A DNA stretch of 32,000 bases from an uncultured archaeon (GCA_964426185.1 CAYRPF010000030.1:2983-34982); one strand, 5' to 3'. Numbered from the stretch's first letter, positions 7,827 to 17,815 are shown. Notes: generated by a model from the sequence alone, not told the origin. Numbers and translations are program-made.

Positions 7827-8621
7827 CTATAATTTTGAATTTTTATTCACGATTTCAACCCCAGGTTGAATAAAAACCTTTAAATCTCGCTTAATAAATT
7901 GAAGTGCTTTCTGTTCTCCATTTTCGCGAAGAATCTTATTTACTTGAACCTCGGGAATGTTCAAAAGTGAAATCAATATTGCACCAATTTCCCGAGGACC
8001 TCGATAATATTGTAATGGAATCTTGGAAGGGTGCTCTCCAACTCCTAAAAGGTATGAATAAGTAAAAGGTTTAGCCTGTTTGAATAACTTATAGAGATTT
8101 CGTAAAATCCGAGTTCGCTTATTTCCGTAGCTTGTTATAAGTTCGTTTATGTGAAGATCTAGATAAACGCGATTCTGTTTTAAAAGTGACAATACACCTT
8201 TTGAAATATTTTTAAAATATTCCATGGATGGAAGTGTAATCAAGTCAACTCGGCCGTCACGCGCTGCAACTTCAAGAATTTCTTTATTAGTAGATTGAAC
8301 TGCAATTAAACATCTTCTTCCTACCCACTGAGCAAGTTCTTGTTTAAGTCCTGAAACATTTTTTGGTTCCAAAGTCACACGTGGAAAAAGTAAAATAGGG
8401 GAAGAGGGAGTTTGATAAAATTTCAAACTGGAAATTTGAAGAGGGAGGGAGATTGCAGGTGGTTTTTTATGGAAATAGGTTGAATTGATCAAAATTTTAT
8501 ATTCCTTAGCATCTACAACATTTACAAATGTTCCTTGATAACCACACCTATATAAAAGTTGAAGATTTGCTTCAAAATCTGTTGGATCAGAACTCCATGC
8601 GAGAAAGCTATTGATAAACAT
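7827..8621 (-). CDS. rnp3: Ribonuclease P protein Rpp30 (divergent)
   Basis: AARDGRVDLI and RGPRE motifs; position between DUF54 and pop5. Confidence 0.82.
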   Translation of the reverse strand: MFINSFLAWSSDPTDFEANLQLLYRCGYQGTFVNVVDAKEYKILINSTYFHKKPPAISLPLQISSLKFYQTPSSPILLFPRVTLEPKNVSGLKQELAQWVGRRCLIAVQSTNKEILEVAARDGRVDLITLPSMEYFKNISKGVLSLLKQNRVYLDLHINELITSYGNKRTRILRNLYKLFKQAKPFTYSYLLGVGEHPSKIPLQYYRGPREIGAILISLLNIPEVQVNKILRENGEQKALQFIKRDLKVFIQPGVEIVNKNSKL

Positions 8622-8633
8622 AATTAACTGCCA

Positions 8634-9140
8634 CTACTCTCCAAGAAAGATGTTGAATTTATGTAAATAATTTATAATATGTTGAGAATTTAAATGAGCT
8701 TTCGGATTTTTATTAAAAAAGGCGATTATAACTTGGAATACATCAGAATGAGATACTAACTGTAATCGCCCTAAAACTGCTTCTTGTTTATCCAACCGTA
8801 AAAATAATTTAAATTTGGAATCCAATCGAGACTCTAATTCTCTCAGTAATTGACGTTTGCTTTGTTCGCTTAGATGTTCACCAAGATAGGACATAAATTG
8901 TTTAATCAATTTTTGAGTTGTAATTCGTAGAACAAGAGGAGTTATGGATTGCCCATAAAAACCATGGCATTGATCAGCTTGAATTTCTAATTTATTATCT
9001 TCGCTTCCAGTTAGATTATCAAAGAAATGGAAAATTTTCTCTCTTGACTCCGTGGCATGTATAAAAGTTCGAATTTCAATTTGACGAATTTTTAATATTG
9101 GTTCTTGCGGATTATTATTTTTTGGATGAGTGTGACCCAT
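8634..9140 (-). CDS. Archaeal RNA-binding protein (DUF54/exosome-operon family)
   Basis: FIHATESREK, GFYGQSI and LFLRLDKQ motifs; adjacent to rpl15e. Confidence 0.88.
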   Translation of the reverse strand: MGHTHPKNNNPQEPILKIRQIEIRTFIHATESREKIFHFFDNLTGSEDNKLEIQADQCHGFYGQSITPLVLRITTQKLIKQFMSYLGEHLSEQSKRQLLRELESRLDSKFKLFLRLDKQEAVLGRLQLVSHSDVFQVIIAFFNKNPKAHLNSQHIINYLHKFNIFLGE

Positions 9141-9203
9141 TGAATGAATTCCGCCAGTTGGTAAATTGAGAGAAAAAATAAGTAAAATTAGAAAAAGAAA
9201 AAT

Positions 9204-9788
9204 CTAATGAAGATTTCTATTTGCTCGTAAAGAGGGTCGAATTTTCTCGGTACCTCGTCCTTTACGATGTAAACCACGACTGTGCTTTCCTGCTGAAGTT
9301 AATCCGCGAAAAACACGGGAATGATTATTCGGATGTGTAATCCAGTTAATTTTACGATCGTTTTTGATTACTGGGTGGTTTGGATCCACCAAAATAACTT
9401 CAAAGAAATGACTTCTCCCATCAGATCCAATTTTATAAGAATTTAACACTTCTAAGTTGGTAAATTTCTTTGCAGTTCTTTCTTCAGCGATCCATTGCAA
9501 AGATTTTTTTGGGGTTATACGACGAACACCTAAATTCGCAGGTTTTCGACCCATTTTAGGTCGAATTTTGTGTAGCGTTCCACGACGAACTTTAGTAATC
9601 GCTACTATATAACCTTGTTTAGCACGATATCCCAATTCCCGAGCACGAGCAATATTGGTAGGATGCTCAACGCGCACAGTAGTTGGTCCTCGCCTAAGTT
9701 TTATCATCCGCTTCCAAAATTCAGATTGATAAGATTCATCGTGCTGCTTAAATGTTTGGGAAACATAACTATATCCGGATTTGACCAT
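9204..9788 (-). CDS. rpl15e: 50S ribosomal protein L15e (likely start ATG 9788)
   Basis: ARELGYRAKQG, NLEVLNSY, FEVILVDP, RVFRGLTSAG motifs. Confidence 0.97.
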   Translation of the reverse strand: MVKSGYSYVSQTFKQHDESYQSEFWKRMIKLRRGPTTVRVEHPTNIARARELGYRAKQGYIVAITKVRRGTLHKIRPKMGRKPANLGVRRITPKKSLQWIAEERTAKKFTNLEVLNSYKIGSDGRSHFFEVILVDPNHPVIKNDRKINWITHPNNHSRVFRGLTSAGKHSRGLHRKGRGTEKIRPSLRANRNLH

Positions 9789-10009
9789 AATACGTTTCGA
9801 CTCGAACTTGCTAATAAGTGTCACAAATCGACAAATATTAATAATTTTACGATTCTAGTAAAAAACCATTTTAGGCAAAAAATTTAATAGGCATCCTTAC
9901 AAAACTCCCAAAATATCTACGGAAATTACTCAAATTTAAAAATATAAGAAAAAGAAAAGAGAAAATCAAAAAAATTCGGAATTAAAAAAGAAATTGATGA
10001 ATAAAATCG

Positions 10010-10702
10010 TTATAATTCTGGAACATTTTTTGATAATTTTACAGGTTTCGAAGTATCCGGTGCCTTTCCATCTCCAATTGCCTGATAAATGGCAGTTCGG
10101 CGCGCTAATTCCGAAAAAACTTGGTAAACATTCATTGCATTTTCATAAAGCGCAATACTTTCATAAACAATTGGATTCCACATATGTAGTGGATGTGATG
10201 GGGGATAAAATAGATTTTCTTGTTTCAGAATTTCTTCTACTTCTCTTTTCTTCATAGTATCAGGTAAATCTTGTTTATTAACCATAACTAAAAGCGGAAT
10301 GTCTGAAATTAATTTTCCTTCAGATACATTCTTTAATTCTTTTAATGCTTGAATGTTATCTTCCAATCTGCTACGTTGAGCATCAAACATTAAAATTACA
10401 CCATCAGTTCCTGTAAAAATTTTTTTACGTAAAGGACTGAAACGAGCTTGGCCAGCAGTGGTATAAACATGGTAAAAAACCTTATTCTCCTTTTTAGATT
10501 GAAATATTCCCCGATCAAAGTAAAGAGTAGAACCACTCGCCATCGCAATTTTTGTCAAAGTTCCTGTAGGTTCGACTGCATCGTTATATTTCTCTTTACA
10601 TAACCGATACAAACTATCGACGGCAGTAGTTTTTCCACTTCCAGCGCATCCCCAATAAAGTAACTTAACAAAAACTTCCCCATTTTTATACAATCGAACC
10701 AT
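10010..10702 (-). CDS. Small GTPase, MglA/Arf-like
   Basis: G1 GCAGSGKTT, G2 region TLYFD, G3 TTAGQ, G4 NKQD, G5 SIA. Confidence 0.9.
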   Translation of the reverse strand: MVRLYKNGEVFVKLLYWGCAGSGKTTAVDSLYRLCKEKYNDAVEPTGTLTKIAMASGSTLYFDRGIFQSKKENKVFYHVYTTAGQARFSPLRKKIFTGTDGVILMFDAQRSRLEDNIQALKELKNVSEGKLISDIPLLVMVNKQDLPDTMKKREVEEILKQENLFYPPSHPLHMWNPIVYESIALYENAMNVYQVFSELARRTAIYQAIGDGKAPDTSKPVKLSKNVPEL

Positions 10703-10813
10703 CGATTTTAAACCCCATTTGATAAAAAATTTACTAATAAATGATCAATCTTAATAATGTTATTTTTTTGTAACCTATAAAGTTTTTAGATCTTCAACCC
10801 TTAGAAGATTATC

Positions 10814-11044
10814 ATGAACACAAATTATCCAAAACAAGGATATTGCATTCAATGTGGCGCAAAAATAAGTTGGAATCCCCAAAACCCATATTGTTCTTTA
10901 TGTGGGACCACGTGTAATGCGTGTAATCGATTTTCTGGAACAGATAACATTGCAATGTATTGTCATATGTGCGGTGAAGCGGTATATGTGGAAGAAAAAA
11001 AACCAATTTGCGATGTTTGTTTAAAAAAATTATCCGATGATTGA
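10814..11044 (+). CDS. Small Cys-rich multi-CxxC (zinc-finger) protein
   Basis: Five CxxC pairs in 76 aa; ATG start; convergent 15-nt overlap with serS. Confidence 0.75.
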   Translation: MNTNYPKQGYCIQCGAKISWNPQNPYCSLCGTTCNACNRFSGTDNIAMYCHMCGEAVYVEEKKPICDVCLKKLSDD

Positions 11045-12307
11045 TTTCCCATTCATATACGGTATCAAAACATCTGGAACCCTAACTGTTCCATTTTCTT
11101 GCTGATAATTCTCTAAGATACAGCAAATGGTTCGTTCTGTGGCAATAGCTGTGCTATTTAATGTATGTGCAGTTTTAAAAGTTTCTTTATCTCCAAGTAC
11201 TCCACTACGAATATTTAACTTTCGAGCTTGATAATCGGTACAATTTGAACAACTTACTAGTTCTCGAAATGTCTGACTAGCCGGAAAATAAGCTTCTAAA
11301 TCATATTTCTTAGCCGCATTGTCATTAAGCTCTCCACTGGCAATACTTACGATCCGATATGGAAGATTTAAGCGTTTGTAAATTTCTTCGGCATTCGCAA
11401 TTAATTCTTCATGCAAGTTCACAGAATCTTCTGGATTACAAATTACAAATTGCTCTACTTTTTCAAATTGATGAACACGGAATATTCCCAGGGTATCTTT
11501 ACCATGTGAACCAGCTTCTCGTCGAAAACAAGTGGAAACTCCACAATATTTCATGGGAAATTTTCTTTCATCTAAAATTTCACCGCGATGTAATGCTGCT
11601 AAAGTTTGTTCACTAGTAGCAATTAGGAAAAGATCATCCCCCTCGATTTTATATAATTGTTCATCAAAATCATGGAGTTCCGCAGCTTCTGACATTACTT
11701 GTCTATTCATCATAAATGGTGTCCAAAAAGGAGTATATCCTTTTTCAACTAAAATATCTATTGCAAATCGGATAAGCGCAAGATTTAACAATACCAAATC
11801 TCCTTTTAAGTAATAAGCGCGTGATCCTGCAATTTTTGAGGCGCGATCTAATTCAACTCCGTCAATCTTGTCAACTAGATTAACATGATTTAATGGTACA
11901 AATGGAAAAGTAGTTGGAGATCCAAATTCTCTAATTATTTGGTCCCCACTCTCATCTTCCGCTATTGGAACATCTGGCATCAAAATATTTCCAACTTTAT
12001 ACCGATATTTATCTCGAAATTCGAGATATTCATCTACAAGAGGTTCTAATCGAGCAATTTCTTGTTTTACTTCTTTTGAACGAGTTTTCAATTCTTGTAA
12101 TTTATCAAGATTATTTTTTCCTATGGATTTAAATGATTTTGATATTTGATTTCGTTTAGTTCTTAAATCTTGTAATTTTTGTAAGTTTTCACGCCATAAT
12201 GTATCATATTTAATCACATTATCAACGTTTTCTGTGGTTCGAAATCTTTTTTTCTCTGATTCACGTATAATATCTGGAGTGTCTCGGAATAGTTTAATAT
12301 CCAACAT
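11030..12307 (-). CDS. serS: Seryl-tRNA synthetase (standard type)
   Basis: MLDIKLFR start, coiled-coil arm, LIATSEQ, CFRREAG, FRVHQFEKVEQF, ELVSCSNCTDYQAR, HTLNST. Confidence 0.98.
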   Translation of the reverse strand: MLDIKLFRDTPDIIRESEKKRFRTTENVDNVIKYDTLWRENLQKLQDLRTKRNQISKSFKSIGKNNLDKLQELKTRSKEVKQEIARLEPLVDEYLEFRDKYRYKVGNILMPDVPIAEDESGDQIIREFGSPTTFPFVPLNHVNLVDKIDGVELDRASKIAGSRAYYLKGDLVLLNLALIRFAIDILVEKGYTPFWTPFMMNRQVMSEAAELHDFDEQLYKIEGDDLFLIATSEQTLAALHRGEILDERKFPMKYCGVSTCFRREAGSHGKDTLGIFRVHQFEKVEQFVICNPEDSVNLHEELIANAEEIYKRLNLPYRIVSIASGELNDNAAKKYDLEAYFPASQTFRELVSCSNCTDYQARKLNIRSGVLGDKETFKTAHTLNSTAIATERTICCILENYQQENGTVRVPDVLIPYMNGKSIIG

Positions 12308-12348
12308 TCTTTACATTCAACTCAATTAATTTAATTTTTCGTATTTTT

Positions 12349-14157
12349 TCAACTTTTTTCATTAACCATAGTGTTTTTTAAAATTTCACCCAGAACTAAT
12401 CGATCACTTAAAACCTTACGAATTTGGACTTTTTGAAAACTTCCAAGATATTCAGCTCCATTTACCACAGAAACTTTCGGTCCTCCTTCAAGTATCCATC
12501 CAATGGCATCTTTAGGATAATTCCGGTTCATTTCTGATATAAAAACTTTGAAATCTTTCCCAACTATTTGAATTTTTTTCGCTTGATTGAAATGGAGAAC
12601 TACGCGCTTGATTTGCTTATACACTTTCATAAGTTCCTTTGGATGTGGTGAAATCTTTTTTGAAATTTTCCAAAATGGAGAACCAGGAAGTTCTTGGTAT
12701 TTATATAAAGTAATTTTATCCACGTTAAGGACAACAAATCGTTTTATTAAATCTAATGTTTCTTGGGCAAATTTCGGTGTATCGCCCGGTAATGAATGAA
12801 TAAAATAAACATGTACTCGAATACCTTTGGCTAAAGCGGATTTAACTACAGAGTATATCACTTCAGGGTGGCTGGGGCGTCCTAAAATGTCTGCAAATTC
12901 TGCCGAACCAGTTTCACACCCAATAGAAAAAATTGGAGATGGAATTTTACTTAAAATTGATAAAGCTCTGTCCGTACACAGCGAAGCTTTCACATTTTCA
13001 AAAAATAATTGCACTTCATGATTTTTTATTTTCGGATTTTGAAGTAAACCAGAAATAAGAGTCTCTAAAGCCCTATAATTGGGTTCGGGTTTATTTGGAT
13101 CAATTAATTCACCTCTTATAGTCCTTTCTCTGTAAAAATCTAAGAGATCTGGCCCACCTAATACAATGCGTTTGGCTCCAATCTTAATTAAATAATTGAG
13201 TTCACCCAAAATTGCTGAAATATCCCGCGAAATTACGTTTCCAAATTGAGAAATAGTTGAACAGAATCCACATCCTGGGGGAATCCTTGCTGGACATGAA
13301 AGTTGAGTTGTGAAGGGGTAACCTCTGCAAATAGTACAAGAAACATCTTGGCATTGATTTTCTGAGAATAATGGAAGAGATGTTCTGCGATAATTGGAAC
13401 ACCCTCTTAAACATTCTACGTAGATCCGTGCATATGGAAAATCTTTATAATGGATTATTTTTTCAGGAAAACCGTTCCCTTCAATAAACCACTTCTTTAC
13501 CATTTGATGAATTTCTAATCGATTGCTCACTAATGTCCTTTTATTTGTATTGTTTATAATTTGGTTTTTTTCAGCAATATAATAAGTTATGCCAGGAATT
13601 TTTGCTAACAGCAAACTTTTCCAATTATTAGAAGAAAACTTGGTAGAAATCATTTTATCTTCTTTTTCTCTTTCTTCTGCTTTTTCTGTCTTCTCTATTT
13701 CTCTCATTTCTTCTGATCTCGATGTTAATGCCTTTTTTAATATATCGCGATTTTGGTTAAAAAGATAAAAAAGTGCCAACTCTGCTTGCTTAATTACGCT
13801 AAAATCTACAGAAATTTGTTTTAATAAATTTTCATCGGAAGCTGCAGGGCCTCCAATAAAAGAAAGCCGAGAATCAGGGTTGGGATGAAATAACTTCCAT
13901 TTTCTCAATATTTTTTTTACGATTGGAATATCCATAGTCATGGCGGAGAAACCGATAAGCAAATATCTAGCTAATATCTGTGTATCTTCTTGTAAAATAT
14001 AATCACTTCTCACTATATCCCAAAGAATTTCATTATTACTAATTTTCTCCATCAAACCAGCTACAAATCGAGGACCTGACCCAATAAAATCTCGTGTGAA
14101 CTCTCGAATACCTTTTCCTGCGGTTAGGCAATCAATAATTAGTCCTCGAATTTCCAT
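12349..14157 (-). CDS. Radical SAM protein with B12-binding-like N-terminus and C-terminal TRAM domain; split CxxxCxxC motif
   Basis: ECLRGCSN..(Cys-rich insert)..GCGFC; SIGCETGS; C-terminal VQIRKVLSDRLVLGEI TRAM-like strand. Confidence 0.85.
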   Translation of the reverse strand: MEIRGLIIDCLTAGKGIREFTRDFIGSGPRFVAGLMEKISNNEILWDIVRSDYILQEDTQILARYLLIGFSAMTMDIPIVKKILRKWKLFHPNPDSRLSFIGGPAASDENLLKQISVDFSVIKQAELALFYLFNQNRDILKKALTSRSEEMREIEKTEKAEEREKEDKMISTKFSSNNWKSLLLAKIPGITYYIAEKNQIINNTNKRTLVSNRLEIHQMVKKWFIEGNGFPEKIIHYKDFPYARIYVECLRGCSNYRRTSLPLFSENQCQDVSCTICRGYPFTTQLSCPARIPPGCGFCSTISQFGNVISRDISAILGELNYLIKIGAKRIVLGGPDLLDFYRERTIRGELIDPNKPEPNYRALETLISGLLQNPKIKNHEVQLFFENVKASLCTDRALSILSKIPSPIFSIGCETGSAEFADILGRPSHPEVIYSVVKSALAKGIRVHVYFIHSLPGDTPKFAQETLDLIKRFVVLNVDKITLYKYQELPGSPFWKISKKISPHPKELMKVYKQIKRVVLHFNQAKKIQIVGKDFKVFISEMNRNYPKDAIGWILEGGPKVSVVNGAEYLGSFQKVQIRKVLSDRLVLGEILKNTMVNEKS

Positions 14158-14240
14158 GCCAAATAATAAAGAATAGAATCGTATAAAGATATTTTTTTTC
14201 AGCCATTGATTAATTTAACCTAGCAAAGGATCTGAACTTA

Positions 14241-15002
14241 ATGGTTATTCCCGATTTAATAAAAAAAGATCTAATTATCACTACAGTAATTCTGATATAC
14301 TTAACTCTTACGATTTTTATTCCCAAAATCCTCAAAGAGAAAAATATTATTTCAAAATACTCAGCAAGGAAAATTATACATAGTTTTTCGGGATTAGCTA
14401 TTCTTATCACACCCTATTTAACTTATACCATAATTGCTGCTATAATTGCCCTCTTAATGACTTTTTTAACGCGGGAAAGTAAAGATAAAAGTAAGGCTAA
14501 ACCTTTAAGAGAATTGTTTGCTGCAATCAGCGAAGAAGAAGAGTTAAAACTCGGATATCTTCAAGGTCCATTCGCTTATTGTCTTTCTATTACTGTTTTG
14601 ATGTTTACATTTACTTTTTTTCCTTCAAAATTCTATTTTCCGATAAGTGCCATTTTAATTATGATGTTTGCAGACACTTCCGCTTCATTTATTGGAAGAA
14701 AATATGGAAAACATCATATTTATATCTCCTGGGTTGGAACAAAAAGAACGATTGAGGGAAGTGTTACCTTTTTTACGGTCGCTTTGGCTTGTTCTTTGAT
14801 TTCCTTTTTCTTTTACGGTCGTTGGTTTGTGGGACATTCTTCTCCTCTTAATTTATCAGAAATTTTATTATATAGTTTTACAGTAAGTGTATTTTCTACA
14901 ATATTAGAGTTAATTAGCCCTTCAAAATATGATGATTTGATTATACCTTTAGGATCGACGATATTTTTAGTAATATTAGCCCTAATTTGTCATATATGGT
15001 AA
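14241..15002 (+). CDS. Polyprenol/dolichol/phytol kinase family membrane protein (SEC59/DGK1/VTE5)
   Basis: RKIIH, FADTSASFIGRKYGK, KRTIEGS, LELISP..DDLIIP; multiple TM helices. Confidence 0.9.
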   Translation: MVIPDLIKKDLIITTVILIYLTLTIFIPKILKEKNIISKYSARKIIHSFSGLAILITPYLTYTIIAAIIALLMTFLTRESKDKSKAKPLRELFAAISEEEELKLGYLQGPFAYCLSITVLMFTFTFFPSKFYFPISAILIMMFADTSASFIGRKYGKHHIYISWVGTKRTIEGSVTFFTVALACSLISFFFYGRWFVGHSSPLNLSEILLYSFTVSVFSTILELISPSKYDDLIIPLGSTIFLVILALICHIW

Positions 15003-15100
15003 TGAATTCACAATTTTTGTTATTTACTGCCAATTTTAAAATTAAAAAATTTTTAATTTTTTAATGACTTAGACTTCCATAACATAATGGAGATGAAAGT

Positions 15101-15754
15101 ATGAACAGTGAAAATGAATCCAAAACACAAAAACAAAAATTTGTGTTCAATTGTACTAAATGTGGCACTTGTTGTGCCGATCGCGGTCCTATTCCCTTAG
15201 TTATGAGCGATTTGATTAGGTGGGCGAAAAATAAAGTAGTAGCAAACATGATGCCCTATTTGAAATTCATTAAAACTCCTCAAGGCACTGTAGATTTAGT
15301 ATTGGGAAGGAAAGACTTAGATCCTTACGCCTTTTTAAAAAAGGATCAAAAAGATAAAAAGAAAGAGAAAGATGAAGCCCGTTCTTGTCCTTTTTATAAT
15401 AAAGAAAAAAAGGAATGCCTAATTTATTCCAACCGACCTTTGAGCTGCCGTACTTATCCGTTAGAATATGATGGAAAGAAGTTCTTAGTAGTCAATACTG
15501 ATACTTGTCCTGGAATTGGTAATGGAGAAATGACAAAAGAAGCAAAGTTAGAAATGCGCGACTTAGCTAAACAAATGAATAAAGAATTAACTGAAATGAG
15601 AATAGCTATGCCCATTCTATCCCAAGCATTTCAACCATTTATAATTCAAGAATTAATGGAAGCTCAACAGAAATTTATGAAAGAATTGGAAAAAATGCCA
15701 CCAGAAGAACGCGAGCGAATTGAAAAAGAAATGATGAAACAACAAATGAAATAG
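15101..15754 (+). CDS. YkgJ family (CxxCxxCC) cysteine-cluster protein
   Basis: CTKCGTCC, CPFY, CLIYSNRPLSCRTYP, CPGIG motifs. Confidence 0.92.
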   Translation: MNSENESKTQKQKFVFNCTKCGTCCADRGPIPLVMSDLIRWAKNKVVANMMPYLKFIKTPQGTVDLVLGRKDLDPYAFLKKDQKDKKKEKDEARSCPFYNKEKKECLIYSNRPLSCRTYPLEYDGKKFLVVNTDTCPGIGNGEMTKEAKLEMRDLAKQMNKELTEMRIAMPILSQAFQPFIIQELMEAQQKFMKELEKMPPEERERIEKEMMKQQMK

Positions 15755-15766
15755 AATAAATCATTT

Positions 15767-16885
15767 TCATATAATTTTCCAAGCCGCTTTGCGAAGACGA
15801 TTCATCACAGCAAGCCCTGAAAAATCTTCTGTTATGCCTTCAATAATAATGAACTGAACTTGAAGATTATCTAGTTTTCGAAGCGCCCAGAAAATTTTCT
15901 GAGCAATATAGGCATATTTTGCTTTTTTCTCTTCTTGATTATTAATTAATTCATCATCAGAATAATGCGTTAAATCTATGAAAGAATCTCCCAATAAATC
16001 TAACTGCTGGGAATTTAAATGAATTTCATCGCTGGTATGAATATAACCTATTTTTCCTTGAATAGAGTATTCTTTGATTAAATCGTGTATATGAGTTTTC
16101 GGAATTACTTGTGAATTTTCTATTAAAATAACGCGCGCTTTAGGGGAATAATGCCGATATTTTAGTCCAGGTGTACTGGGGGGTTTTTTCTTTAATTCTT
16201 GGTTTTTATAATGTTTCTCATATATTTTTAAATTTGGAAGGTATTTTTTCAAATCTTCGTAGTTCACTCCACCAGGGCGTAAAATCAAGGGAGGATTACG
16301 ATGGACATCTAAAACTGTTGATTCTACACCAACTGGACAGCTTCCTCCATCAATAATAAGAGGTATTTTTCCTTCAAAATCATTTTTTACATGTGCTGCA
16401 GTTGTAGGGCTTGGTCTACCTGATATATTAGCACTTGGGGCGGCAATTGGAATTTTAGAAAGAGAGATTAAGCGCAGTGCTATGGGATTCTGAGGCATTC
16501 TTACAGCAACTGTAGGTAATCCTGCAGTAACGCAATCCGGAATTTTCTTATTTCTTAAGAATAAAATTGTAAGTGGTCCTGGCCAGAAAACATTGCATAA
16601 TTTACGAATTTCTTCGGGAATTTCCTTAACGATGGTTTCTAACATCTCCATTGACTCAATATGAACAATTAAGGGATTATCCAATGGTCTTCCTTTTGCA
16701 ATATATATTTTATTAATTGCTTTCTCAGAAAGAGCAGATGCACCTAAACCATATACAGTCTCTGTTGGAAATGCTACAATCCCCTCATTTTGCAAAATCT
16801 CAACGGCTTCATGCAATTGGCGATTTTCAAAATGAGAAGGATCGATTGAAATAATTTTGGTGCTTATCTGACTTGAGTCCATCAT
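15767..16885 (-). CDS. sua5: L-threonylcarbamoyladenylate synthase Sua5 (YrdC + SUA5 domains)
   Basis: AFPTETVYGLGA, KGRPLDNPLIVH, AAPSANISGRPSPT, PGLKYRHYSP, AVMNRLRKAA. Confidence 0.97.
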   Translation of the reverse strand: MMDSSQISTKIISIDPSHFENRQLHEAVEILQNEGIVAFPTETVYGLGASALSEKAINKIYIAKGRPLDNPLIVHIESMEMLETIVKEIPEEIRKLCNVFWPGPLTILFLRNKKIPDCVTAGLPTVAVRMPQNPIALRLISLSKIPIAAPSANISGRPSPTTAAHVKNDFEGKIPLIIDGGSCPVGVESTVLDVHRNPPLILRPGGVNYEDLKKYLPNLKIYEKHYKNQELKKKPPSTPGLKYRHYSPKARVILIENSQVIPKTHIHDLIKEYSIQGKIGYIHTSDEIHLNSQQLDLLGDSFIDLTHYSDDELINNQEEKKAKYAYIAQKIFWALRKLDNLQVQFIIIEGITEDFSGLAVMNRLRKAAWKII

Positions 16886-16927
16886 TAGAATTAATTATTA
16901 CACATTAGAATTAATTATTACGCATTA
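16883..16927. repeat. 20-bp tandem duplication CATTAGAATTAATTATTAC(A/G) x2 plus partial third
   Basis: Copies at 16883-16902 and 16903-16922, spanning the sua5 start codon and leader. Confidence 0.9.
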
Positions 16928-16952
16928 TAAATACTTAGAAACAAATTAAAAA

Positions 16953-17249
16953 TTACAAGTTTGTGGGAGAATTAATTAAATTAATTCCTAAAATGTTGGA
17001 AATAATCCAAACCACATAAAATAGAAGAAAACTGATAAAAACCTTGGTAATAAAAGTGGATGTTTTTATCTCAGAATTAATTTTTTGGAAAAATGCCGTA
17101 AAAAAACTAAAAACACCCAAAAAAATTAAAACCCATAATAGAATAACAACATAATGATCAATTCGACTTAGAAAATCAATCATCAAGTCCGTAAAATTCT
17201 CAAAAAGACCTAAAAAAACCCATATTTGAATATTATAATACGAATTCAT
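16953..17249 (-). CDS. Small membrane protein (2-3 TM)
   Basis: 98-aa hydrophobic ORF. Confidence 0.65.
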   Translation of the reverse strand: MNSYYNIQIWVFLGLFENFTDLMIDFLSRIDHYVVILLWVLIFLGVFSFFTAFFQKINSEIKTSTFITKVFISFLLFYVVWIISNILGINLINSPTNL

Positions 17250-17296
17250 CTACAGAATCTACTAATAAAAAACATAAAAAGATCTAATAAATTAAG

Positions 17297-17312
17297 GTTG
17301 CTAATTAGCAAC
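17297..17312. promoter_or_regulatory. Perfect 16-bp palindrome GTTGCTAATTAGCAAC (putative operator)
   Basis: Seen directly; 13/16 matches at 17906-17921 and 17927-17942. Confidence 0.65.
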
Positions 17313-17321
17313 AGTTAAAAA

Positions 17322-17783
17322 TTATATTGTAGCAAGAATTTGATCTAATTTGTGTGAATCTTTTTCACGTAATTTTTCTATTTTTGAATAAATTTTATCA
17401 ATTGACTCTATATCCTCAACAGATTTTACTCTTTGCCATACTTCTGATATTGTCTCTAGCTCAGGATAATTGGGTAAATAGTTATCTATGTATGCAATTT
17501 TTTCTTGAATACTCTTTTCTAATTTATCAGCCGCACGTTTCCGAACGCTAATAATTTTATCCCATTTTCCATCATCTCGTAATTCTTTTTCGTGTTTTTC
17601 CAAATACTCATCAATCATTTTTTCTACTAACACCGATTTACGATTTGATCGAACTTTATCAGGAGTATCATCAGCCAGGATATCTAAAATCTCGGAATAT
17701 TTGGTAGTTAATGTAATCCAAATTTTCTGGGAATCTTTTTCTGAATTGCTGGATTGGGATTTGGATTTTTGAGTTCCTGGCAT
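17322..17783 (-). CDS. Putative ribbon-helix-helix (CopG/Arc-like) regulator with helical C-terminal extension
   Basis: KIWITLT strand, KYSEILDILA helix, RKSVLVEKMIDEYL helix. Confidence 0.65.
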   Translation of the reverse strand: MPGTQKSKSQSSNSEKDSQKIWITLTTKYSEILDILADDTPDKVRSNRKSVLVEKMIDEYLEKHEKELRDDGKWDKIISVRKRAADKLEKSIQEKIAYIDNYLPNYPELETISEVWQRVKSVEDIESIDKIYSKIEKLREKDSHKLDQILATI

Positions 17784-17815
17784 TCTTTCTTCTTTCCTAT
17801 AATTTGTTAATTATT

